A stretch of DNA of 64,000 nucleotides, from NCBI GenBank assembly GCA_028826165.1, contig JAPDFW010000033.1:434001-498000 (forward strand), read 5' to 3'. How positions within the stretch are numbered: the stretch's first letter is position 1; each line of letters starts with the position of its first letter. The translations under genes were made by a program, and so were the position numbers. The DNA comes from Anaeramoeba ignava BMAN (Eukaryota; Protista; Anaeramoebae). Shown in pieces: positions 41,045 to 52,300 of the stretch. The notes beneath the pieces were generated by a model. The model was not told the DNA's origin, made no database searches, and worked only from the letters and a program-made list of their open reading frames with translations.

Positions 41045-44000
41045 TTAGAAAAAAAATGTTTGTTTTTGATTTGGATTTTTGCTTTTTTCAATTAATAATG
41101 GAAGAAGTTCATCTTTCCAATCAGGATTTGGATCATTTGAGAATTTTTGAAGGAAATATTTATATTCTGATAAAATATAATTTTTTGTTGCTAATTTAAG
41201 CCAATTTGAATTTAAATATTTTGCATACATAAAAACATCTAATGCATTCTCTTGTGTTAAATGATCTCGAAAGACAATTTCAATTTCTCTTTTGAAATCA
41301 TCAATACAATAGAAATCAGCGACAGCAAGTAATTCAACCATTTGTTTGATTTTATAATAATTTACACTTCCTGTATACAGAAATGTTATTAATGATAAAA
41401 ATGAAATATAAGAAATTTCTGAAATTGGGATTTCATCTTCTCGAGATTCACGAAAACTAAATTAAATATTAAATATTATGAATTGAATATTGAATATTAA
41501 ATATTAAATATTATAAATTAAATATTAAATATTAAATATTATGAATTAAATATTAATATTATGAATTAAATATTATGTATTGAGTATTAAATATTAAATA
41601 TTAAATATTATGAATTGAATATTAAATATTAAATATTAAATATTAAATATTAAATATTAAATATTAAATATTATGAATTGAATATTAAATATTAAATATT
41701 GAATATTAAATATTAAATAAATAAAATGAATTAAATAAAATGAATTTAAAAATTAAATATTAAATATTAAATATTAAATATTAAATATTAAATATTATGA
41801 ATTGAATATTGAATATTAAAAATTATGAATTGATTATGCTTTTATTAAAATATTTGAAGTTCAAAATTAAATATGGAAATATTAAATATTAAATATTATG
41901 AATTAAATATTAAATATTAAATATTAAATATTAAATATTATGTATTAAATATTATGTATTAAATATTATGAATTAAATATTAAATATTAAATATTAAATA
42001 TTAAATATTATGAATTGAATATTAAATATTAAATATTATGAATTGAATATTAAATATTAAATATTATGAATTGAATATTAAATATCAAATATTATGAATT
42101 GAATATTAAATATCAAATATTAAATATTATGAATTAAATATTAAATATTAAATATTATGAATTAAATATTAAATAATTGTATTGAATATTATTTCTTACC
42201 CTAATAAAAATAAAGAACGAAAAAATTGTGAGCGACAACATAAAATTACTTTATGAGCATAAATATTTCGACCTTCAACAGTAAATTGAACATCTGAATA
42301 ATTTTCAGAATTAACACAATCTTCAAAATCAGAACCAATATATTCAAAAAATTGGCATGAAATTGTTCGTGCATTTTTTATTTGAGAAACTTTATCCATA
42401 TTTTCTTCTTTTGATAAACTTGATTCAAGAAGTTTCTTTTCTAATGAATATAACTGAAAAAATCTTGCTTCTTGAAGTATTTCTTCATATTCATCAAATT
42501 CTACTCTTATTTTTCCTGAATAAATCCAATCGATTATTTTGTTAATAATTGTATGATTTTTTTCATCATATCGAAGTTCTTCTGTTTCTTTATTTGTTGG
42601 ATCTTCAAAAAAATCTCTAAAAAAAGGACATCTTTGAACTAAAATAAATCGGTGAACTATGATAATAAAAAGTAAAGTTTTAAATTGTTTAAATTGTTTT
42701 TAAATTGTTTTTAAATTGTTTTTAAATTGTTTTTTAAATTGTGTTTAAATTGTTTTTAAATTGTTTTTAAATTGTTTTTAAATTGTTTAAATTGTTTAAA
42801 TTGTTTTTAAATTGTTTAAATTGTTTTTAAATTATTTAAATTGTTTTTAAATTGTTTAAATTATTTAAATTGTTTTTAAAATTGTTTTTAAATTGTTTAA
42901 ATTGTTTAAATTATTTTTAAAATATTTAAAAAGAACGAAAAATTGTGAGCGACAACATAAAATTACTTTTGAGCAAATTATTTTAAATTATTTAAATTGA
43001 ACATCTGAATAATTTTCAGAAAATTTTTTAACCAATATTTTAAAAATGTGTTTTAAATTATTTAAAATTGTTTTTAAATTGTTTAAAATGTTTAAAATAT
43101 TTAAATTTTTAAATTTTTAAAATGTTTTTTAAATTATTTGAAAAATGCTTTTAAATTATTTTTTAAATTGTTTAAAATTGTTTTAAATGTTTTAAAATGT
43201 TTTTAAAATGTTTTTAAATGATTTTTGTTTTTAAAGTTCTTTTTAAAATGTTTTTAAAAAGGACATTTTTAAAATGTTTTTAAAATAAATTTAAATTGTT
43301 TTAAATTGTTTTTAAATTGTTTAAAATTGTTTTTAAAATGTTTAAATTGTTTTAAATTATTTAAATTGTTTAAATTTTTTAAATTGTTTTTAAATTGTTT
43401 TTAAATTGTTTAAATTGTTTTTAAATTGTTTTTAAATAGTTTTAAATTATTTAAATTTTAAAATTTTTTAAATTGTTTTAAATTGTTTTAAATTGTTTTA
43501 AATTGTTTTAAATTGTTTTAAATTATTTTTAAATTGTTTTTAAATTGTTTTAAATTGTTTTTAAATTGTTTTAAATTGTTTTTATAGTTTTTTAAAATTG
43601 TTTTAAATTGTTTTTAAATTGTTTTAAATTGTTTAAAATTGTTTTAAAATTGTTTTTAAATTTTTAAATTGTTTAAAATTGTTTAAAATTGTTTAAATTG
43701 TTTTAAATTGTTTAAATTGTTTAAATTGTTTAAATTGTTTAAATTGTTTTTAAATTGTTTTTAAAATTGTTTAAATTGTTTAAATTGTTTTTAAATTGTT
43801 TAAATTGTTTTTAAATTGTTTTTAAATTGTTTTTAAAATTGTGTTTAAATTGTTAAAATTGTTTTTAAATTGTTTTTAAATTGTTTAAAATGTTTTTAAA
43901 ATTGTGTTTAAATTATTTTTAAATTATTTTTAAATTATTTTTAAATTGTTTTTAAATTGTTTTTAAATTTTTTAAAGTTTTTAAAGTTTTTAAATTGTTT

Positions 44001-44360
44001 AAATTGTTTTTAAATAGTTTAAAATTGTTATTAAATTGTTTAAATTTGTGCTTAAAATTGTGTTTAAATTGTTGATAAATTCGGAAGAAAAAAAACCAAA
44101 CCTGGAAATGTTTTCTTTTGAACATAAATATTAAAATCTGACCATTCTTCAAATTCACGTGCTTCTTTAAAATTATAACTTAAATTCATTCGGATTGACT
44201 TGGCTAAAAAATAAAAGGAAAATATCCATAATTTTTTTTATTATTGAATTAATTCAAATTGTTTTTTCTTTTCAAATAAATTTTAAAATAGCAAACTCAT
44301 TTCTTCATGTGGATAATTATAAGGCATTTTATTTAAATGACGGTAATAATCATTTCCCAT
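41045..44360 (-). CDS. Tandem BTB/POZ domain protein, 4 exons, frameshift near 42460
   Basis: First BTB: EWSDFNIYVQKKTFPVHRFILVQRCPFF. Second BTB: YSDVQFTVEGRNIYAHKVILCCRSQFFRSLF. BACK-like C-terminus LTQENALDVFMYA. Confidence 0.85.
42675..44070. repeat. Intronic (TTTAAATTG)n-type satellite in BTB intron 2
   Basis: Directly visible; degenerate centre. Confidence 0.9.
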
Positions 44361-44590
44361 TAAAAATTAAAAATAAAAAAATAAAAATGAAAAAAAGAAA
44401 AATGAAAAAATGGAAAAAAAATTAAAAAATGGAGAAAAAAAAATGGAGAAAAAAAATTCGAAAAAAGAAAAATAAAAATAAAAAGGAGAATTTAGGATCT
44501 TCTGAAAAATTTTCCCTAATTTAAATTCGAAAAAAAATTAAAATTGAAATTAAATTATTATTTTACTTTTTATTCAGTAATCTTTTTGCA

Positions 44591-45871
44591 ATGTTTCTTG
44601 ATAATATTATAAATGATCCAGACACAAAACCTTATCAAATTCCACCACTTACAAAAACACCACTTGTAAGAAAATTACAAGAAAAAATTAAACAAATTCT
44701 ATCAACAGATCAAAAGAAATCATTTGCTTTCGTTTATCTTCCTGAAATTGTTTCTCGACTTGAAGAATGGAAAAAGAATCTAAATAGAATAAAACCATTT
44801 TATGCAATAAAATGCAATTCTGATCCAGAAATACTGCGATTGATGGCAAATAATGAAGATTTTGGGTTTGATTGCGCAAGTGCAAAAGAAATCAAACAAA
44901 TACTTACTTTGGGTGTTGATCCCAATCGAATTATTTTTGCTCATCCTTGTAAACCCAAATCAGACATTTTATTTGCCAAACAAAACAAAGTGAAAAAAAC
45001 AACTTTTGATTCTATTGAAGAGTTGGACAAGATTTCCTCGATATATCCTGAAGCCGAACTTGTTCTTCGGATTAAAACTGAGGATCAAAGTTCTTTTTTT
45101 CCTCTTTCAACAAAATTTGGAGCGAATATTGCTGATGTTGAGAAAATATTGGATCATGCGTTGAAATTGAAGTTGAATGTGATTGGAGTTGCTTTTCATG
45201 TTGGAAGTAATTGCCAAGAGAGTAGTCCCTATATTAAAGCATTGGAGAATTGTTATAATATTTTTGAGATGGCAAAAAAAAAGGATATTCAGATGAGATT
45301 GATTGATATTGGAGGCGGCTTTCCAGGAGCAGGAGAGGAAATTTCAAATACATCTAATAAGGGAAGGTTTTTGGATTTTTCGAAAGATATTTCTGAGAAA
45401 ATTTCGGAACTTTTTGGAGAAGGAAATATTGAATTTATAGCAGAACCAGGAAGATATTTTGCCACAACCACGACTACTCTTGTACTTGAGGTTATTAGCA
45501 AGCGTTTAGTTGTAGATGAGAACGAAAAGAAGAAGTTCCAATATTTTATTGGAGATGGATTGTATGGATGTTTGAATAACATTGCTTTGGATCACTGTGA
45601 GCCAAGGGCTTATCTTGTGAGAAAGTTGAGATCAGATAATGAGAAGGAAGTTTTCCAATCTTCTCTTTTTGGGCCTACTTGTTGTTCTATGGATTGTGTT
45701 GCCAAATCGATTATGTTGCCTGAACTTTATGTTGGAGATTGGTTAGTTTTTTATAATATGGGAAGTTATACATGTTCAATTGCAACAAGTTTTAATCAAT
45801 GTTTTTTGGAAGATTTTTATTATTTTTCTGATGAAAAGGATGACATTTTACATTATCAAATCCAGAAGTGA
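44591..45871 (+). CDS. ODC1: Ornithine decarboxylase family (fold III PLP enzyme)
   Basis: Motifs PFYAIKCN (PLP lysine), FDCAS, IIFAHPCK, KFGA, GVAFHVGS, IDIGGGFPG, IAEPGRYF, FGPTC, NMGSYT. Confidence 0.92.
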   Translation: MFLDNIINDPDTKPYQIPPLTKTPLVRKLQEKIKQILSTDQKKSFAFVYLPEIVSRLEEWKKNLNRIKPFYAIKCNSDPEILRLMANNEDFGFDCASAKEIKQILTLGVDPNRIIFAHPCKPKSDILFAKQNKVKKTTFDSIEELDKISSIYPEAELVLRIKTEDQSSFFPLSTKFGANIADVEKILDHALKLKLNVIGVAFHVGSNCQESSPYIKALENCYNIFEMAKKKDIQMRLIDIGGGFPGAGEEISNTSNKGRFLDFSKDISEKISELFGEGNIEFIAEPGRYFATTTTTLVLEVISKRLVVDENEKKKFQYFIGDGLYGCLNNIALDHCEPRAYLVRKLRSDNEKEVFQSSLFGPTCCSMDCVAKSIMLPELYVGDWLVFYNMGSYTCSIATSFNQCFLEDFYYFSDEKDDILHYQIQK

Positions 45872-45939
45872 TTAAATAATGAAGGAAATAACATAAAATA
45901 ATTTAAATAAATTAATTTAAATTCAAATCAATTCATTTT

Positions 45940-47200
45940 CAAATTTAATTATAAAAAAAGTGGAATATATTTTATTTGTTAATTTAATTAGATTTTATTT
46001 CAAATTTATTTAGATTTAATTATAAAAAAAAGTGGAATATATTTTATTTGTAAATTTAATTAGATTTAATTATAAAAAAAGTGGAATATATTTTATTTTC
46101 AATTTTATTTAGATTTAAATATAAAAAAAGTGGAATATATTTTATTTGTTAATTTAATTAGATTTAAATTATAAAAAAAAGTGGAATATATTTTATTTTT
46201 TATTTTATTTAATTTTAATTAATTTAATTAGATTTAATTAAAAAGTGGAATATATTTTATTTTTAATTTTTGATTTTTATTTTCAAATTTAATTAGATTT
46301 AATTATAAAAAAAGTGGAATATATTTTATTTTTTAAAATTTTATTTGTTAATTTAATTAGATTTTATTATAAAAAAAGTGGAATATATTTTATTTGTTAT
46401 TTTAATTAATTTTATTTTTAATTTAATTAAATTTAAATAATAAAAATGGAATATATTTTATTTTCAAATTTTAATTAGATTTAAATATAAAAAAAAGTGG
46501 AATAGATTTAATTTGTTAAATTTAATTAGATTTAATTATAAAAAGTGGAATATATTTTATTTCAAATTTAATTAGATTTAATTTCAAATTTAATTAGATT
46601 TAAATTATAAAAAAAGTGGAATATATTTTATTTGTTAATTTAATTAGATTTAATTATAAAAAAAGTGGAATATATTTTATTTGTTAATTTAATTAGATTT
46701 AATTATAAAAAAAGTGGAATATATTTTATTTTCAAATTTAATTAGATTTAATTATAAAAAAAGTGGAATATATTTTATTTGTTAATTTATTTAGATTTAA
46801 ATATAAAAAAAGTGGAATATATTTTATTTGTTAATTTAATTAGATTTAATTATAAAATTTAATTGGGGTGGAATATATTTTATTTTCAAATTTAATTAGA
46901 TTTAATTATAAAAAAAGTGGAATATATTTTATTTGTAAATTTAATTAGATTTTATTTCAAATTTAATCAGATTTAATTATAAAAAAAGTGGAATATATTT
47001 TATTTGTTAATTTAATTAGATTTTATTTCAAATTTAATTTAAATTTAATATAAAAAGTGGAATTTATACTTTATTTTTATTTTTAGATTTAATTTTAAAA
47101 AAAAGTGGAATATATTTTATTTTTCAAATTTATTTAGATTTAAATATAAAAAAAGTGGAATATATTTTATTTGTTATTTTAATTAGATTTTATTTCAAAT
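45940..47200. repeat. Intergenic minisatellite, ~48-70 bp unit with conserved core AAAAAAGTGGAATATATTTTAT, ~22 copies
   Basis: Directly visible between the ODC stop and the AsnRS start. Confidence 0.92.
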
Positions 47201-47469
47201 TTAATTTAAAATTTTAAATAAATTTTTCAAGATAAGAATAATCAATTTAATTCAATATTCTTTTATAAGTATATGAATTTATATTTTATTAAATTAAATT
47301 ATAATAAAAAAAATTTTTTTTTAATTAATTACGTTTCTTTTGCGTCATTTAATTTATTTCCATTTTTTTTTAATTAAAAAAATTTTTTTTTCATTTTAAA
47401 TTTTTTTTTCATTTTTCATTTTTTTCCTTTTTTTAATTAATAATAATAATAAAAATTAAAATTAAATAA

Positions 47470-49050
47470 ATGGATTACAAATCTAAAAAAGAAGAATTAG
47501 AAAAACAAAAAGCAGAAGCAGAAAAAGAATTACAAAATCCCGAAATAAAAAAAACACAAAAAAAAAAACTGACAAAAAAAATCTACTTCATTGAACAAAA
47601 AATGAAGAAACTAGAAGAAGAACGGGAAAAACGAGAAGAAGAAGAAAAAAAGAAGCAAACAGATCTCGAGAAGAAACTTGAACAAGCAAAACAAATTAAG
47701 ATTACAAAAAGCAAAGAACTTGAAAAAGCAAAAAAAACGGAAATACAGAACCTTATATCTGAGAAGAAGAAAGAGTGGGTCGGGAAGCGAATCAAAGTAC
47801 GGGGGTGGGTGCACCGGCTGCGGGATCAAGGAGCAGGACTTCTGTTCTTGATCCTTCGCGACGGGACTGGGTACATTCAAGTTGTGCTTGCAGGTAAATT
47901 AGCGGAAAATTACGATGCGTTGATGATCAAGACTGAGACGACAATCAAGATATATGGAAAAATAGCAGAGGATCAAAGAGCGCCCAGCGGCGTGGAGCTC
48001 CAAGCGGATTACTTCAAGATCATTGGGACGTCTAGCGGGGAGTATGAGAGCATTTTCAACGAGAAATCAAATGTTGACGTGATGCTTGACAACAAACATC
48101 TTGTTCTTCGAGGCTCGCGCACATCGGCGATCCTTAAGATGCGGTCTGTGGCGACGCAGAGCTTCCGTGAGCACTATTTCCATCGGGGATATTTCGAAGT
48201 GACCCCGCCGACTCTGGTGCAAACACAAGTCGAGGGCGGGTCGACGTTATTCAAGCTCGATTATTACGGCGAAGATGCGTTTTTAACTCAGTCATCACAG
48301 CTCTATTTGGAGACCGTTATTCCCTCGCTTGGCAACGTGTTTTGCATCATGCCAAGTTACCGCGCAGAGAAACAAAAGACGCGGAGACATTTATCTGAAT
48401 TTACGCACATTGAAGCCGAATGTCCTTTTATCAAGTTTGAGGATCTTTTGAATATCATCGAAGATCTTGTTTGTGACACAATCCAACGGATCCTCGATTC
48501 GCCCTTTTTTCCAACGCTTATGAAAGAGCTCAACCCCGATTTGAAGGTTCCAAAACGTCCTTTTAAACGTCTTGATTACAAAGACGCAATTAAATTTTGT
48601 AACGATCACGGAATCAAAAAAGACGATGAAGGAAATACGTTCGAGATCGGAGACGATATTACAGAGAAGCCTGAGCGCGAGATGACCGACATGATCAACG
48701 AACCCATTCTCCTGATCAAGTTCCCAGCAAAGATGAAGGCGTTCTACATGTCCCGCTGCAAAGACGACTCCACTTTGACGGAAAGTGTTGATCTTCTTGT
48801 TCCAGGAGTTGGCGAGATTGTTGGCGGAAGTATGAGGATCCATGACTACAAAGAGCTCCAAGATGCTTATTCTGCAAACGACTTAGATTCAACTCCTTAT
48901 TATTGGTATACTGACCAACGTAAATTCGGGACTTCTCCTCATGGCGGTTATGGTCTTGGTTTGGACCGTTTTCTTCAATGGATTTTGAAGGTTGACCATA
49001 TCAGAGATGTTGTTCTTTATCCAAGAATGATGGGTCGTTGCAAGCCTTAA
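47470..49050 (+). CDS. NARS1: Cytosolic asparaginyl-tRNA synthetase, intronless
   Basis: Motifs VRGWVHRLRDQG, FLILRDGTG, TQVEGGSTLF, LTQSSQLYLE, SYRAEKQKTRRHLSEFTHIEAE, VGEIVGGSMRI, YYWYTDQRKFG..PHGGYGLGLDRF. Confidence 0.96.
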   Translation: MDYKSKKEELEKQKAEAEKELQNPEIKKTQKKKLTKKIYFIEQKMKKLEEEREKREEEEKKKQTDLEKKLEQAKQIKITKSKELEKAKKTEIQNLISEKKKEWVGKRIKVRGWVHRLRDQGAGLLFLILRDGTGYIQVVLAGKLAENYDALMIKTETTIKIYGKIAEDQRAPSGVELQADYFKIIGTSSGEYESIFNEKSNVDVMLDNKHLVLRGSRTSAILKMRSVATQSFREHYFHRGYFEVTPPTLVQTQVEGGSTLFKLDYYGEDAFLTQSSQLYLETVIPSLGNVFCIMPSYRAEKQKTRRHLSEFTHIEAECPFIKFEDLLNIIEDLVCDTIQRILDSPFFPTLMKELNPDLKVPKRPFKRLDYKDAIKFCNDHGIKKDDEGNTFEIGDDITEKPEREMTDMINEPILLIKFPAKMKAFYMSRCKDDSTLTESVDLLVPGVGEIVGGSMRIHDYKELQDAYSANDLDSTPYYWYTDQRKFGTSPHGGYGLGLDRFLQWILKVDHIRDVVLYPRMMGRCKP

Positions 49051-49350
49051 GATTTCATGGAAAAAAAAATTTTTTTTCTTTTTCTTCTTCTTTTTTTTTT
49101 TTGGGAAAGAAATAAAGAATTAATTTTCATTTTAATTTCAATTTCCATTTCAATTTTAATTTTCATTTTTAATTTTTGGATTGATTTAATTTTAATTTTA
49201 ATTTTAATTTTTGGATTGATTTAATTTTGATTTTTGGATTGATTTAATTTTAATTTTGATTTTAATTTTTGGATTGATTTAATTTCAATTTTAATTTTCA
49301 TTTTTCATTTTTCATTTTTCATTTTTCATTCTTTTTTCTTCTCTTGTTTT

Positions 49351-52300
49351 ATGTCAAACAAAAATCAAAAATCTAAAAAATCTAAAACTCGTTCTTCAAA
49401 CAATTTCAAGAGTGAAAGTTTAAGTTCAGATAATTTAGATCTTGGAAATAATTCTAATTCTGATTCTAATTCTGATTCTAATTCTGATTCTAATTCTGAT
49501 TCTAATTCTAATTCTAATTCTGATTCTGATTTTGTACTAATTATTCATTTTTTTTCTATTTTTAAGAAAAAAAATTATCTAACATTATTTTCAAAATAAA
49601 TTTCTATTTTGTCATTTAACGAATAGAGTATTGAGGAAAATGTCATGAAAAACACAGAATCAAATTCAAATTCAAATTCAAATTCAAATTCAAATTCAAA
49701 ATCAAATTCAAAATCAAAACCAAAATCAAAATCAAAATCAAATTCAAAATCAAAATCAAAATCAAAATTAAAATCAAAATCAAAATTAAAATCAAAATCA
49801 AAATCAAAATCAAAATCAAAATCAAATTCAAAATCAAAATCAAAATCAAATTCAAATTCAAAATCAAATTGAAAATACTAATTTAATTTATAAATCACCA
49901 ATTTTTGATCAAAATAAAAATCAAAATCAAAAATCAAAAAATGAAAATCAAAATCAAAATCAAAATCAAAATCAAAATCAAAATCAAAATCAAATTCAAA
50001 ATCAAAATCAAAATCAAATTCAAATTCAAATTCAAAATCTTATTATTCATCACCAATTATTGATAATAAAAATGATATAGAAAATCAAAATTGAATATGA
50101 AACTCCAACTAAATTTAATGGAAAACAAAATTGAAAATACTAATTTAATTTATAAATCTCCTTTGGAATCAAAATCAAAATCAAATTCAAATTCAAATTC
50201 TTATTATTCATCACCAATTATTGATAATAAAAATGATATCAAAAATCAAAATGAATATGAAACTCCAACTAAATTTAATGGAAAACCAATTTGAAAATAC
50301 TAATTTAATTTATAAATCTCCTTTGGAATCAAAATCAAAATCAAAATCAAAATCTTATTATTCATCACCAATTATTGATAATAAAAATGATATAGAAAAT
50401 CAAAAATGAATATGAAACTCCAACTAAATTTAATGGAAAACAAAATTGAAAATACTAATTTAATTTATAAATCTCCTTTGGAATCAAAATCAAAATCAAA
50501 TTCAAATTCTTATTATTCATCACCAATTATTGATAATAAAAATGATATCAAAAATCAAAATGAATATGAAACTCCAACTAAATTTAATGGAAACAAAATT
50601 GAAAATACTAATTTAATTTATAAATCTCCTTTGGAATCAAATTCAAATTTAAATTCAAAATCAAATTCAAAATCAAATCCAAATTCAAATTCAAAATCAA
50701 ATTCAAAATCAAAATCAAAATCAAAATCAAAATCAAAATCAAAATCAAAATCAAAATCAAAATCAAAATCAAAATCAAAATTAAAATCAAATTCAAATTC
50801 AAATTTAAAATCAAATTCAAAATCTTATTATTCATCACCAATTATTGATAATAAAAATGATATAGAAAATAAAATTGAAAATGAAATTGAAAATGAATAC
50901 TCAGAATCAAATTCAAATTCTTATTACTCTTCACCAATTTCTGATAAAGAAGACAGATCAATGATAATTGAAGAATTCAAATATTCAACTAAAGAAATAT
51001 CAATAGTTCATGAAGTTATTAGAAATCAAATAACTTTAGAAGGAAATTCCAATTTATTTGGTCTTGAAAATCAAGAATTGTAATCATTTATAATAGTTTG
51101 AAGAATTATTTTTATTTTTATTATTTGTATATTTATATTTATATTTATATTTCTATTTTTTAATAAATCTAAAAGCGAAATTTATAATTTACTCAAAAAA
51201 ACAATTACACAAAATGAGAATAATTCAATTTTATTACTTGGTTTCAGAGGAACTGGAAAAACTTCAACTACACAAAAAGTTTTGAATAAACTTTCACTAG
51301 AATATGAAAAAAAATTTGTATTAATCAGATTAAATGGATTAATACAAAATACAAATTGGAAAGCTTTTGATGAAATAATTTATCAATTAAAAGCAATATC
51401 ATTTAATTGAAGACTTTCCACAAATTGATTTGACAGAAGAAAATGAATTAATTGAAGAAAATGAATTAATTGAAGAAAATGAATTAATATATGAGAACGA
51501 TTTAATTAAAGAAAACGATTTAATAGAAGAGAATGATTTAATTAAAGAAAACGATTTAATAGAAGAGAATGAATTAATTGAAGAAAATGAATTAATATAT
51601 GAGAATGATTTAATTGAAGAAAATGATTTAAGTGAAGAAAATGATTTAAGTGAAGAAAATGATTTAAGTGAAGAAAACGATTTAAGTGAAGAAAATTTAG
51701 ATATGTCATTATCAAATGAATCAGAAGATCATTCTCAAAAATCAAACTTTCATAAAATTATAAAAGAATTTCAACATCCTTCTCAAATTAAGAAAAAATC
51801 GCAAAATAATATACATAAAAATACCCAAAAAAAACCTTTGCTAACAAAATTATCTTTCCAAAAAAATGTTCAATTACTTCTTCAAGAATTAAAATCCTTA
51901 AAACAAAAAAAATCCATTTCAATCATCTTTATAATTGAGGAAATTGATAAATTATTAATCATTAAAAAACAAAACCTAATTTATTTCCTCTTTGATCTTG
52001 TTCATGACTCTTCTTCAAGTATTGGAATCGTTGCAGAATCATCTAGACTTGTAAAATAATAAACATATTTTTATTATTTATATTCATTAATTAATTGATT
52101 GATTGATTGATTGATTGATTTAATTATTTTTTTTTTTTCATTTAGGATTGTTTGGAATTATTTGAAAAAAGAGTTAAATCTCGTTTTTCTCATAGAATCC
52201 TCCATTTCTTCCCTCCTCAAAACATAGAACAATTAATGAATGCTCTTTATGACAAATTCTTAATTTATGATCCACTTCTTCTTAAAAAAAATCATTTCGC

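Noticed and set aside
45940-47200. CRISPR-like repeat-spacer array
   Set aside because: The spacers are themselves repetitive AT variants rather than unique sequences, there are no cas genes, and the context is eukaryotic.
47750-48850. GC-rich AsnRS segment as a lateral transfer or contaminant
   Set aside because: The protein is a eukaryotic cytosolic-type AsnRS, the GC change is gradual within one ORF, and the same pattern occurs in other genes.
22-51410. Frequent frameshifts in otherwise intact genes (near 22, 287, 12078, 13680, 16552, 17648, 27762, 30412, 42460, 49870-50440, 51400) as programmed frameshifting, RNA editing or pseudogenes
   Set aside because: They go in both directions, sit mostly in homopolymers or short repeats, share no slippery or stop motif, and hit essential genes (Ded1, ORC4). 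Long-read consensus error is the simplest explanation; short-read mapping would settle it.
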